A stretch of 39,285 nt of DNA, taken from assembly GCA_041548245.1 (NCBI GenBank), contig JBFESZ010000009.1, positions 1-39,285 of the forward strand. Direction: 5' to 3'. The notes below the pieces were generated by a model. The model had not been told where the DNA came from. It saw nothing but the letters and a program-made list of their open reading frames with translations, and did not search any database. Both the position numbers and the translations under genes were made by a program. The stretch's first letter is position 1. Each line of letters opens with the position of its first letter. Positions 21,159-30,789 of the stretch are shown here, piece after piece. Origin of the DNA: Sulfurimonadaceae bacterium. GTDB lineage: Bacteria > Campylobacterota > Campylobacteria > Campylobacterales > Sulfurimonadaceae.

Positions 21159-22408
21159 TGTCAATTTTACCTAAGGTATATATCAAGACTTTTGGATGTC
21201 GTACGAATCTTTTTGATTCTCAGGTTATGCTCTCACATCTTAAAGATTTTGAGATTACACAGAATGAAGATGAGGCGGATATTATTATTGTTAACTCCTG
21301 TACGGTCACCAATGGTGCGGACAGCGGTGTGCGCGGTTATGTCAATGCAGCCAACAAAAAAGGGGCCAAGGTTTATCTTACGGGATGTGGAGCCCATACT
21401 AAAGGCGAGTCTCTCTTTGAAGCCAACAAAGTATTTGGCGTATTTGGGCAATCAGAAAAAGCCAAAATCAATGAGATGCTGAAAAAAGAGAGCAAGTTTT
21501 ATGAAATCGGGGATCTTGATTTTATTGATGACGCTGTAGTTGAAGATTTTGTAGGAAAATCGCGTGCTTTTATCAAGATACAGGAAGGGTGTAACTTTCG
21601 TTGTTCATACTGCATCATACCATTTGTCCGTGGTGATGCCAGGAGTCTTGATGAGCAAAAGATACTCGAACAGATAACACGCCTTGCAGCCAACGGTTTT
21701 GGTGAGTTTATATTGACAGGGACGAATGTAGGCTCCTATGGACAGGGACAAAAGCGCTCCATGGCAGGTCTGCTTAAACGGATGTCGCAGATTAAAGGAG
21801 TCCGTCGTATTCGTATTGGGAGTATGGAACCGATACAGGTGACGGACGAGTTTAAAGAGCTCTTGGGTGAACCATGGTTGGAAAAGCATCTTCACATTGC
21901 TATACAGCACAGCTCTAATGACATGCTGCGTATCATGAATCGAAGAAACAGGGTTGAAAGTGATATTCGACTGTTCAACGAACTGTATGAAAAGGGTTTT
22001 GCAATCGGTACTGATTTTATTGTCGGGCATCCCGGTGAGACAGATGAGATTTGGCAGGAAGCGATGTCTAATCTTAAACAGATGCCGCTTACACATGTTC
22101 ATGCCTTTACTTACTCAAAGCGTGACGGCACACCATCTGCTAATATGAAAGGCGAAGTAAACGGTCTGGTCTCCAAGGAGCGTATGCTTGAACTTAATCG
22201 TATTATCGATGCTAACAATTTCGAGTTTAGAAAAAGACACAAGGTGCCTTTGGAAGTCCTAGTGGAGAGCCAAAAAGATGGCTTTTATACGGGTCTTGAT
22301 CAGTTTTTTAATCGTATAGAGATCAGTTGTAAGCATGACCTTTTAGGTAATTGGATTACTATTGAAGAGTATGAGATCAAAGAGGATATGAATTATGCTA
22401 GACTCTAA
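21158..22408 (+). CDS. mtaB: tRNA t6A37 methylthiotransferase
   Basis: TFGCRTN, NSCTVT, TGC, radical SAM CNFRCSYC-IIPFVRG; context matches the Campylobacterota mtaB cluster. Confidence 0.92.
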   Translation: MSILPKVYIKTFGCRTNLFDSQVMLSHLKDFEITQNEDEADIIIVNSCTVTNGADSGVRGYVNAANKKGAKVYLTGCGAHTKGESLFEANKVFGVFGQSEKAKINEMLKKESKFYEIGDLDFIDDAVVEDFVGKSRAFIKIQEGCNFRCSYCIIPFVRGDARSLDEQKILEQITRLAANGFGEFILTGTNVGSYGQGQKRSMAGLLKRMSQIKGVRRIRIGSMEPIQVTDEFKELLGEPWLEKHLHIAIQHSSNDMLRIMNRRNRVESDIRLFNELYEKGFAIGTDFIVGHPGETDEIWQEAMSNLKQMPLTHVHAFTYSKRDGTPSANMKGEVNGLVSKERMLELNRIIDANNFEFRKRHKVPLEVLVESQKDGFYTGLDQFFNRIEISCKHDLLGNWITIEEYEIKEDMNYARL

Positions 22409-24032
22409 GACAAACCGATGGGTGTTGTATTTTTCTGCAGGCATACTGCTTGGACTTTTTCTTTTTGCGATTCTGCGTGATAACAGTGAACCTATCACAC
22501 TGGACAAAAGTAATGAGTTGCTTGCAAAAGGTCTCGTAAAGCGTGTTGTTCTTGCTGATGAAAAGGTTTACTTTGTTACCGATGGGGAAAGATACCGTAT
22601 CCCAACCGTATTGATTGACAAAAAAGTCCTTTCTCAGGTTCCTGTCGAGACCGGTTCAGGTAATTACGCTGTTCAGATTTTGATGGTATTGACCCTTGTT
22701 CTGATTGTCGGGGGGATTCTTTATCGTCTGAGTATGAAAGAAGCACTAAAAAGTGAAAGTACTCAGTCTGTACATGCTGTTTCGACGGGTCTAAGTGAAC
22801 CTATAACACCTTCTCACTCAGATATTAAGTTTAAGGATGTTGGCGGGATTGCTGATGTTAAAGAGGAACTTGAAGAGATCATAGATTTTTTACGTGCTCC
22901 CAAGAAGTATAAGAACTTTGGGGCAAAGATGCCAAAAGGTGTTTTACTTGTAGGCCCTCCCGGTGTAGGTAAGACTATGATTGCAAAAGCGGTTGCGGGT
23001 GAGGCAAATGTGCCATTTTATTATCAAAGTGGTGCATCTTTTGTACAGATCTATGTCGGTATGGGAGCGAAACGCGTTCGTGAACTTTTTATTCAGGCCA
23101 AGCGCAATGCTCCTTCCATCATCTTTATTGATGAAATCGATGCTGTCGGACGTATGCGCGGTGGCAACCGTAATGATGAACGTGAAGCAACGCTTAATCA
23201 GCTTTTGACTGAGATGGATGGATTTGAGGACTCTTCGGGAGTCGTGGTTGTAGCTGCGACGAATAAGATAGATGTCCTGGATCCGGCACTGCTTCGTTCA
23301 GGCCGTTTTGACAGGCGCATCTTTGTTGATTTGCCGACTCTGGATGAACGTGCAGCTATTTTAGATAAATATTTTGAGAAATTGATTCATGATGTCAATA
23401 CCAAAGAGATTGCCAAGATGACAATCGGTTTTAACGGGGCATCTTTGGCGACATTGGTGAATGAGTCTGCTTTGGAAGCACTACGTCGGAACCGGCATAA
23501 TATTACAATGGATGAAGTTCTGGCTGTCAAAGATAAGGTTATTTTTGGAAAACGAAAGGTTAAGAGCTATAGTGAGGATGAGAAAAAGCTTCAGGCACTC
23601 TATCAATCAGCGAAAGCGTTGAGCGCGTATTGGTTTGAGGTACCTTTTGAGAAGTTTACAATGATCAACGACGGGCTAAAACCTTATGATGTTGATCTTG
23701 TCAGTAAACACAAGCTGCTCTCATATATCAAAGTGATGCTCTCTGGTATGGCAATATGCGAAATATATTATGGTGAGCACTCTAGTAATGTCGAAGAAGA
23801 TCTGAGAGAGGCTAAAAAAATCATACACCTGATCCTTGAGAACTATGGCATGGGTGATCAAATCATACCTTCGCCAAAAGACAGTTCGCATCTTGTTAAC
23901 AGATTATATACCGAAACAAAAGAGTTCCTGAGCGGTATGCAGACACAGATCCAGGCCTTACAACATGAGCTGATGACAAAAGAACAGATTAATAAAGAGC
24001 AGATCAAGAAAGTGATGGATGAAGTTTTATAG
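22395..24032 (+). CDS. FtsH-like membrane AAA+ ATPase lacking the HEXXH protease motif
   Basis: 2 TM helices, GPPGVGKT, IFIDEID, SRH LLRSGRFDR; the HEXXH position reads YQSAK. Confidence 0.88.
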   Translation: MLDSKTNRWVLYFSAGILLGLFLFAILRDNSEPITLDKSNELLAKGLVKRVVLADEKVYFVTDGERYRIPTVLIDKKVLSQVPVETGSGNYAVQILMVLTLVLIVGGILYRLSMKEALKSESTQSVHAVSTGLSEPITPSHSDIKFKDVGGIADVKEELEEIIDFLRAPKKYKNFGAKMPKGVLLVGPPGVGKTMIAKAVAGEANVPFYYQSGASFVQIYVGMGAKRVRELFIQAKRNAPSIIFIDEIDAVGRMRGGNRNDEREATLNQLLTEMDGFEDSSGVVVVAATNKIDVLDPALLRSGRFDRRIFVDLPTLDERAAILDKYFEKLIHDVNTKEIAKMTIGFNGASLATLVNESALEALRRNRHNITMDEVLAVKDKVIFGKRKVKSYSEDEKKLQALYQSAKALSAYWFEVPFEKFTMINDGLKPYDVDLVSKHKLLSYIKVMLSGMAICEIYYGEHSSNVEEDLREAKKIIHLILENYGMGDQIIPSPKDSSHLVNRLYTETKEFLSGMQTQIQALQHELMTKEQINKEQIKKVMDEVL

Positions 24033-24543
24033 CGGTTTTTCTCTTGCAAATGACAAAGATCTCTTTCAGCCGTATATCAAGGAGTCGGAGTTTACACTTT
24101 GTGGTTTCTCATATGGGGCTATTAAAGCTTTTGAAGAAGCATGTCAAAGTACGTGTCGCATTGACACCTTACAACTTTTTTCACCGGCTTTTTTTCAAAA
24201 CAAGAGTGAAAAATTCAAACGTATGCAGTTGATGTACTTCAATAAGGACAAAGAAGCGTACCTCGATAACTTTTCATCATCATGTTTTTATCCGAAAACA
24301 AGGGATCAAAGCGTTCTTTTGGAATCGGGAAGCGAAGCTGAACTCAAGGAGCTTTTGTATTATGAGTGGAAAACAGACAAGCTCAAAGCCTTAGTGGATA
24401 AGGGTATGGAAATTGAAGTTTATCTTGGTAGCGAAGACAAAATAATTGATCCTATCGCAGCAAAAGCGTTCTTTTTACCCTATGCAACGACGTTTATGAT
24501 CAACCATGCAGGGCATACATTACAAACAAGAGAGGAGATATAA
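24019..24543 (+). CDS. bioV: Pimeloyl-ACP methyl ester esterase
   Basis: MKFYSGFSL, GFSYGA nucleophile elbow, LQLFSPAFF, DKII, AGH; position between ftsH-like and mog. Confidence 0.85.
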   Translation: MKFYSGFSLANDKDLFQPYIKESEFTLCGFSYGAIKAFEEACQSTCRIDTLQLFSPAFFQNKSEKFKRMQLMYFNKDKEAYLDNFSSSCFYPKTRDQSVLLESGSEAELKELLYYEWKTDKLKALVDKGMEIEVYLGSEDKIIDPIAAKAFFLPYATTFMINHAGHTLQTREEI

Positions 24544-25074
24544 ATGGATATTAAGATAGGTGTAATCACGGCATCGGACAGAGCAAGCGCCGGGATTTAT
24601 GAAGATATATCAGGTATGGCCATTCAAGATACAATGAAAGAGTACCTTACAAGTGAATTTGAAATTGTTTATCGTTGTATTCCAGATGAGCAGAGTGAGA
24701 TAGAAAAAACGATGATCGAACTGTGTGATAAAGAGGAGTGCTGTCTTGTTGTCACTACGGGTGGGACAGGGCCGGCACCACGTGATGTGACACCAGAGGC
24801 GACTGAGAATGTATGCCAAAAGATGATGCCTGGCTTTGGTGAACTGATGCGTCAAGAGAGCCTTAAGTTTGTACCGACAGCAATACTTTCACGTCAGACG
24901 GCAGGAATACGAGGAAAATCACTGATTATAAACCTTCCGGGTAAACCCAAATCAATTCGTGAATGTTTGGACGCTGTTTTTCCTGCGGTACCATACTGTA
25001 TCGATTTGATTGAGGGGCCATTTCTAGAATGCAATGAAGAGGTGATTAAGCCTTTTCGTCCTAAGGCCAAGTAA
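24544..25074 (+). CDS. mog: Molybdopterin adenylyltransferase
   Basis: SDRASAGIYED, TTGGTGPAPRDVTPEAT, LSRQTAG, NLPGKP. Confidence 0.95.
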   Translation: MDIKIGVITASDRASAGIYEDISGMAIQDTMKEYLTSEFEIVYRCIPDEQSEIEKTMIELCDKEECCLVVTTGGTGPAPRDVTPEATENVCQKMMPGFGELMRQESLKFVPTAILSRQTAGIRGKSLIINLPGKPKSIRECLDAVFPAVPYCIDLIEGPFLECNEEVIKPFRPKAK

Positions 25075-25076
25075 CA

Positions 25077-25571
25077 ATGTTTTTTATAGGGATGATCTAC
25101 CAGTTTAATAGTGACCAAGGTACCGGTCTCATCATGTCATCAGATGGGGAAACAAAAGAGTTTAGTGTTGACAACTGGACAGATGAGAGTCAGACTCCAT
25201 ACATAGGTCTTCAGGTCTTATATGAGTACACAGATAATACAACAAAGATCAGAGTGGCAACTGAGTCTGAAAAGAGTGAAGATAAGCTAAGACAGCAGAG
25301 ACAAAGAGAAGCTGCCAATACCCAGCCCGTAGTGGAGTCTCCGACGATGCCTTCAGACAACAAGTCTCATGATGCTATTAAATCCGTAGATGAGCAGATA
25401 CAGTTTTATAAAGATGAGGGTTTCAACCTGATCAATGATATTGATGAGAATGGTTTACGAAAGGCGAGATTGCGAAGATATGTTATGGGTGAATTTGCAG
25501 AAGTGCTTATCGAGTGTAAAGATAATGATATCACAGTAACGAAAACGCTTAACGGTCAAAAGGTCGACTAG
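25077..25571 (+). CDS. Hypothetical protein with cold-shock-like (OB-fold) N-terminus
   Basis: GMIYQFNSDQGTGLI...G...P.IGLQV.YE resembles CSD-like domains; low-complexity linker; unknown C-terminal domain; starts 2 nt after the mog stop. Confidence 0.7.
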   Translation: MFFIGMIYQFNSDQGTGLIMSSDGETKEFSVDNWTDESQTPYIGLQVLYEYTDNTTKIRVATESEKSEDKLRQQRQREAANTQPVVESPTMPSDNKSHDAIKSVDEQIQFYKDEGFNLINDIDENGLRKARLRRYVMGEFAEVLIECKDNDITVTKTLNGQKVD

Positions 25572-25575
25572 GCAG

Positions 25576-25611
25576 TAGACAGAAAAAGATTAAACGTGTT
25601 TTTTCTATCTA
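25576..25611. terminator. Hairpin between convergent genes (possible terminator)
   Basis: TAGACAGAAAAA...TTTTTCTATCTA, 12-bp arms with one mismatch. Confidence 0.4.
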
Positions 25612-25647
25612 TAATCTATTATATAAAATTTTATATAATAGATTATA
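25610..25647. repeat. Perfect 38-bp palindrome
   Basis: TATAATCTATTATATAAAA|TTTTATATAATAGATTATA, checked base by base; overlaps the xth stop codon. Confidence 0.9.
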
Positions 25648-26413
25648 TGTCTAGTTTAATACCAACAGGACAGTGATCAGAACCCATGACATCTTGCATG
25701 ATGTAAGCATCTTCAAGGCATTCAATGAGATCATCAGAGATAAAGAAATAATCTATTCTCCATCCGACATTTTTTGCGCGGGCACCAGAACGGTATGACC
25801 ACCAGCTGTATTCATCCTCTTTGTCACCGTTAACATATCGAAAGGTGTCTACATAACCATGTTCAAGTAGTTTATCTATCCACTCTCGTTCAATCGGCAA
25901 GAAACCTGAAGTCTTTGAGTTTGCTTTTGGATTTTTCAGATCTATCTCTTTGTGTGCGGTGTTGACATCTCCACAAATAACAATCGATTTTCCATTCTCA
26001 CGTAAAGTATTGCAATGTTCTAGAAAGTCTTCATAGAACTTCATTTTAATCGTAAGTCTTTCATCATCTTTTTGTCCATTGGGAAAGTAGACATTAAAAA
26101 GTACAAAATCACCGAAGTCCTGTTCAATAATACGTCCCTCTCGTCCTAGATCAATTTCATGACGGTTGTGCGTGTACTCAGGTGCCATTGCCGACCATGT
26201 TGCGGTTCCTGAATATCCCTTTTTATCAGCACTATTAACAGCACGCGATACATATTCCAGTTCAAAAAGGTCGTTAGGTATTTGATCTTCTAAGGCTTTG
26301 ATTTCTTGTAGGCAAAGGATATCCGGTTCTCTTTCATCAATCCATTTAAGTGCATCTTTATTCGCAACTGCCCGTATACCGTTAACGTTCCATGAAATAA
26401 TTTCTATTGACAC
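25643..26413 (-). CDS. xth: Exodeoxyribonuclease III
   Basis: SWNVNGIRA, CLQEIK, GYSG, VYFPNG, GDVNTAH, WRIDYF, SDHCP; GTG start at 26413 after AAAGG. Confidence 0.94.
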   Translation of the reverse strand: MSIEIISWNVNGIRAVANKDALKWIDEREPDILCLQEIKALEDQIPNDLFELEYVSRAVNSADKKGYSGTATWSAMAPEYTHNRHEIDLGREGRIIEQDFGDFVLFNVYFPNGQKDDERLTIKMKFYEDFLEHCNTLRENGKSIVICGDVNTAHKEIDLKNPKANSKTSGFLPIEREWIDKLLEHGYVDTFRYVNGDKEDEYSWWSYRSGARAKNVGWRIDYFFISDDLIECLEDAYIMQDVMGSDHCPVGIKLDI

Positions 26414-26660
26414 TGAAAAACCTTTATTCTTTAATTCACACATACGGTGATACTTGTGACGGAATTCTATCGAAGATGATGTGTACCGTGGCTTAATGAA
26501 TATACCCAAATGTTTACTTAAAATGAAACTAATTTACTATAAAAAGAGGGTAGATCTTTTTTACACATCTATCGTTATGGCAGGGGTTTGTAGTGATCAA
26601 TTCGACCTAATTCCGTTTTTTTAGATTATAATAATTTGAAATTATTTCTCAGGAGAGAGA

Positions 26661-27776
26661 GTGAAACGTGAAATTCATATAGAACTGTTCAGGTTTAATG
26701 AGCAAACAGACTATCTTCCATATTATCAAAAACATCTGCTAGATTACAGTGAAGATGATACGATTAATGACTTGCTGATCAAAATGGACAGAATAGATGC
26801 CTTCGGTTTTGATGAAAACTGCAATCTTAAGGTCAATGAACTTTACATCAATGCACGTGAGAAAGTTACTTCAATTGTGCAAAGATGTGGGAATGTAATA
26901 CAGATTAACCCAATCAGTGAATTCAGAGCGAAGAAAGATCTTAAGATAGACAACAGTGACTTTATTGACAAGTTGTCTCTGATTCAAGAATATATCTCGG
27001 CTGAAGAAAACATAGCCTATAGAAAAAGTACTGAGTTGGCATATTATGCTTCAAATACCCTGAACTACAATAGGGACTATATTGGTGACCATGTGCTAAT
27101 TATTGCAGCAGATCTTATTGAACAACGTTTTGAGATTAAAAACAGTATTTTACAGAAGCTTATAGACCATGAAAATGGCATTTGGTTCCATACATCCCTT
27201 GCAAACAGGATGCTGAGCGGTGATGTAGAAGCAAAGATTCAAAAAGTTATTTATTTGGCGAATCAATATATCAAACCAAGTTCAAGGCTTGCGAAAAAGC
27301 TAGCAAGTTTTTGTGATAAAAAGAGTATTAAAAACTTTGAAGAGTCAGGTGCGGCCAAAATTCCCAAAAAAGTCGTTCAACCTTTTGACGGATTCAATAT
27401 TGCTTTGTACAGCGGTGTAGAAGAGAGTCCTTTGAAAAATCTTATCGATGCATCGAAGGCATCATATATACAGATCCCCTCATATAGTGAAGACCTGGCA
27501 CCGTACTCCGTACGTGTAGATGAAAACTTTTCGTATAGGATTGCCGCAGATATTTTAGTGCAGGCAAAAGACAATAACGCTGATTTTGTTCTTGTCAAAA
27601 ATGACGTGACCAGAGAGTTCTTTGACAAGAACCAAAACAAAATGCAAAAGATTGCAGGAAGAGAGCTTGGTCTTAGTGTCATCTCTCAGGATCAGTTTAT
27701 ACAGCTGTTAGAGGGTGAGAAGAATACTCAAAGACTTGGTTTTGATAAACATAAGGTGAAGGTCTCTTTTTTATAA
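26661..27776 (+). CDS. Degenerate SdhB-SdhE(HdrB) fusion homologue lacking Fe-S motifs (possibly DUF5644 family)
   Basis: FRFN..DYLP.Y and RAKKDL.ID..DF align with SdhB in this window; FNIAL, DNNADF and AGRE..L.V align with the C-half of SdhE; only 3 Cys; SD AGGAG before GTG. Confidence 0.82.
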   Translation: MKREIHIELFRFNEQTDYLPYYQKHLLDYSEDDTINDLLIKMDRIDAFGFDENCNLKVNELYINAREKVTSIVQRCGNVIQINPISEFRAKKDLKIDNSDFIDKLSLIQEYISAEENIAYRKSTELAYYASNTLNYNRDYIGDHVLIIAADLIEQRFEIKNSILQKLIDHENGIWFHTSLANRMLSGDVEAKIQKVIYLANQYIKPSSRLAKKLASFCDKKSIKNFEESGAAKIPKKVVQPFDGFNIALYSGVEESPLKNLIDASKASYIQIPSYSEDLAPYSVRVDENFSYRIAADILVQAKDNNADFVLVKNDVTREFFDKNQNKMQKIAGRELGLSVISQDQFIQLLEGEKNTQRLGFDKHKVKVSFL

Positions 27777-27963
27777 TCATTATGCCTTGAAGTGTCTCTC
27801 AAGATTCCATTGCGATCTTGACTGCTTCACTGTCGTATCATTGATATTTTATTGAATTACCCAATATATAAAAAAACTGATCTCTTGAACAGGCTTTATT
27901 AAATAATTGTCTTATACAGGATTTAATGTAAATCGCAATATCATAGGTAAAAAGTGACAGATA

Positions 27964-28812
27964 ATGAAGAATAATCGTGCGACCTTTTTGCTTCTTAATC
28001 TAATCCTCCTTATCACTTCTTCGTACGCCATAGACTTAACTACGCAAAATAGAGTGCAAACAAATGTAGATACCAAAATTACTTTGAAAACACAAGACTT
28101 GATAGAAGTCGGGGTCCAGGCTTATTGGTATAAATATGAAGAAGAGGTAGATGGTGATTTTTTTATGTCTACAGCCGGAAAAAAGTTAGGTTTGTCATTG
28201 ACAGCCACTAAAATTATCGACACAAATATATATCTTATTGGTGATTTTCGTTATGCGGCCGGTGATGTCGAATACAACAGTGATTCGGGTACTGGTGATA
28301 TATCTGAATATATGTATGAGTCGCGTGTTTTAATGGGGATTGAGAAAGTCATTGATGGTATATTCTGGTCTCCCTTCCTCGGTCTTGGATACCGTTATCT
28401 GTTTAATGACTTAAGAAGCTTGGGAAGTGGTGGATATAGAAGAGAAAGCCGTTATATTTATATCCCTGTTGGTCTTACCCACCGTTTCAAACTCAATCAG
28501 AAATCCCGTATTGCCACTACGTTTGAATATGACTACTTTGTAAAAGGCAAGCAGAAGAGTCATCTTTCGGATATTGGACCTGATTGGGCCGCCGTATTTG
28601 GTGATCCGGTGAATGAACAAAAGCATGGCTATGGGATAAGACTTCATACAAGCTACGAGGAGAAAAACTGGTCAATAGGCGTGTTTTATAACTACTGGAA
28701 GATTGAAGACTCAGAAAAAAACTATTATCTTGATCCCCCATTTCTCTACAGTATTGTAGAGCCTAAAAATGAGACAAAAGAGCTTGGCATACAGCTAAAG
28801 TATCGGTTTTAA
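27964..28812 (+). CDS. Outer-membrane beta-barrel protein of unknown function
   Basis: Signal peptide (SYA|I), Tyr/Gly-rich amphipathic strands (GLGYRYL, YIYIPVG), C-terminal LKYRF BAM signal. Confidence 0.82.
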   Translation: MKNNRATFLLLNLILLITSSYAIDLTTQNRVQTNVDTKITLKTQDLIEVGVQAYWYKYEEEVDGDFFMSTAGKKLGLSLTATKIIDTNIYLIGDFRYAAGDVEYNSDSGTGDISEYMYESRVLMGIEKVIDGIFWSPFLGLGYRYLFNDLRSLGSGGYRRESRYIYIPVGLTHRFKLNQKSRIATTFEYDYFVKGKQKSHLSDIGPDWAAVFGDPVNEQKHGYGIRLHTSYEEKNWSIGVFYNYWKIEDSEKNYYLDPPFLYSIVEPKNETKELGIQLKYRF

Positions 28813-28871
28813 GCATCACCTGAGTAAAAATGATAGATTGTTGACTCAAGGTCAAAAGAAAGTGGAGTGAT

Positions 28872-28905
28872 GACATCGGGCCTTGTTGCACCCGATATCT
28901 TTTTT
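28872..28905. terminator. Intrinsic terminator, probably bidirectional
   Basis: GACATCGGG/CCCGATATC stem with a TTTTTT tail on the + strand; lies between convergent genes, just past the sdhE stop. Confidence 0.6.
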
Positions 28906-28909
28906 GAAA

Positions 28910-29788
28910 TTATGCGAAGTTGACTTCTGATACGTGGTGCTGAAGACCAAGTTCTTTGCCATCGATACCAAAGGCAAGACCGATCATCTGTTGCATGTGA
29001 AGAACCGGAAGCTTCACGTCACGGCCGACAGCTTTAGAAGCATGCTCGTACTGCGTATCAAGCTTAAGGTGACAAAGCGGGCATGGTGTGACCATCCAGT
29101 CTGCATTGTTATCCATTGCACCCATAAGTGCATTACCTGTTAGGGTCGCAGCGGTATGCGGAGCCTGAAGCTCTGCATGGAAACCACAACATTTGTTTTT
29201 CTCTTCATAGTCAACGTTTTTACCACCGCAAGCAAGGATAAGATCGTCAAGTGAAGTCGGTGCATAAGCATTTTCGTGACCGTTCGAATCTTCGTGTGTT
29301 TCAGAAGGACGAATGTTGTGACAACCGTAAAATGGTGCTATATTGAACTCTGCAAGTGGCTTGACGACCATCTTTTTAAGGTTGTCAAGACCAAAGTCAT
29401 CGATAATGGCATATAGGAAGTGTTTGATCTCAGATGTACCTTTGTACTCAAGACCGACTTCTGCAAGCTTCTCATTGACTTTTGCTTTCATCTCTGGGTC
29501 ATTGTCAAGACGACGTTTTGTCAGCATTGTGTTGAGCTGACAAGTATTACAGATGGTCACCATTGTCATGCCGCGAGATTCTGCATAACAGATGTTGCGC
29601 GCATTTAAGACAAGTGATAAGAACTCATCATAGTCTTGAAGGTGAGAAGCACCACAGCAGGTCGCTTCTTCCAGAATTTCAAGCTCGATTCCCATCTTAT
29701 CGGCGATAGCCATAGTTGACATCATCTGTTCTGGTGTACTTTGACGTGCAGTACAACCGGTGAATAGTGCATATTTAAGTTTAGACAT
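28910..29788 (-). CDS. sdhE: CCG-domain (HdrB-like) anchor subunit of type-E succinate dehydrogenase/fumarate reductase
   Basis: Two CCG domains: FTGC..TCCG..ICNTC and FYGC..KCCG..PCPLC; no TM helices; follows sdhB. Confidence 0.88.
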   Translation of the reverse strand: MSKLKYALFTGCTARQSTPEQMMSTMAIADKMGIELEILEEATCCGASHLQDYDEFLSLVLNARNICYAESRGMTMVTICNTCQLNTMLTKRRLDNDPEMKAKVNEKLAEVGLEYKGTSEIKHFLYAIIDDFGLDNLKKMVVKPLAEFNIAPFYGCHNIRPSETHEDSNGHENAYAPTSLDDLILACGGKNVDYEEKNKCCGFHAELQAPHTAATLTGNALMGAMDNNADWMVTPCPLCHLKLDTQYEHASKAVGRDVKLPVLHMQQMIGLAFGIDGKELGLQHHVSEVNFA

Positions 29789-29799
29789 TGTTGTACTCC

Positions 29800-30780
29800 T
29801 TAGAACTTAGCTGTAGAAGAGATCTCTACAAGTTTTTTGATCTCATCAAGTTTGTCAGATTTTGGAACAATAAATGGATTGATATGTGCCTTTCCTTTGG
29901 CAATCATCTTCGCGCCGACTTTAAGGTGCTTATACATCCCGTACCCTTTTTCAGAGTAGATTACCAGACCGGCTTCATTTAACTGGCCATGTTTGGCAAT
30001 AGAGTCTTTGAAATAGACAGCGTGACGTGTGGCAATATTGTTAAGCGGCTTGCCTTCTGTAAACACCATATTATGAAGTTTTGTGATCTTCTCAATTGGG
30101 TTGACATCTTTTGGACAAACTTCCGCACACTCCATACATTTAACACAGTCCCAAACACCTTGACCTTCTGCATTGATAACATCAAGACGTTCACGGTGAG
30201 CATCATCACGGACATCAGCTTCAAAACGGTATGCTTTCGCAAAAGCAGCAGGCCCGATGAACTGTTCATTGATCTCAAGAGCAGGGCATGAATAGTGACA
30301 AGCCCCACATTGAATACAGTAGTCGGCTTCAAGGAGTTGTTCTGCCTCTTTAGGCGTGACAATGTGTTCATGTTCAGGGTGTTCTTCAACATCGGAGATA
30401 AGGTAAGGTTTGACCTGATCATGTTTGATCCAGAAGTCTTCCTTGTCAATAATAAGGTCTTTAAGCGCACGCTTGATACTTAGTGGTTCAATCGTCAATG
30501 TAGTACCATAAGTCTCGACAAGCTTCAGTACATTCTCTTTACATGCTAGAATGGCTTTACCATTGACTTTTACTGAACAGATACCACAGATACCGTGACG
30601 GCAAGAACGACGATAAGAAAGCGTACCATCAAGTTCATTTTTGATATGAGTTAAAATATCAAGGATAACATTCTCATGCGTAACATCTACATCATAGTCG
30701 ATATAGGTCGGTAAATAATCCATTTCAGAATTGAAACGGAATACTTTGAAAGTAATTTTTGTAGTAGGTATTGCACTCAT
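29800..30780 (-). CDS. sdhB: Succinate dehydrogenase/fumarate reductase iron-sulfur subunit
   Basis: SCRHGICGIC...AC, CIQCGACHYSCP, CVKCMECAEVCP; C-terminal extension. Confidence 0.93.
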   Translation of the reverse strand: MSAIPTTKITFKVFRFNSEMDYLPTYIDYDVDVTHENVILDILTHIKNELDGTLSYRRSCRHGICGICSVKVNGKAILACKENVLKLVETYGTTLTIEPLSIKRALKDLIIDKEDFWIKHDQVKPYLISDVEEHPEHEHIVTPKEAEQLLEADYCIQCGACHYSCPALEINEQFIGPAAFAKAYRFEADVRDDAHRERLDVINAEGQGVWDCVKCMECAEVCPKDVNPIEKITKLHNMVFTEGKPLNNIATRHAVYFKDSIAKHGQLNEAGLVIYSEKGYGMYKHLKVGAKMIAKGKAHINPFIVPKSDKLDEIKKLVEISSTAKF

Positions 30781-30789
30781 ATGCTCTCC

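Noticed and set aside
27788-27829. Hairpin TGAAG..TCAAGAT/ATCTTGA..CTTCA as an sRNA or riboswitch
   Set aside because: Lies just after a stop codon with no known motif and no T tract; most simply a 3' stability hairpin.
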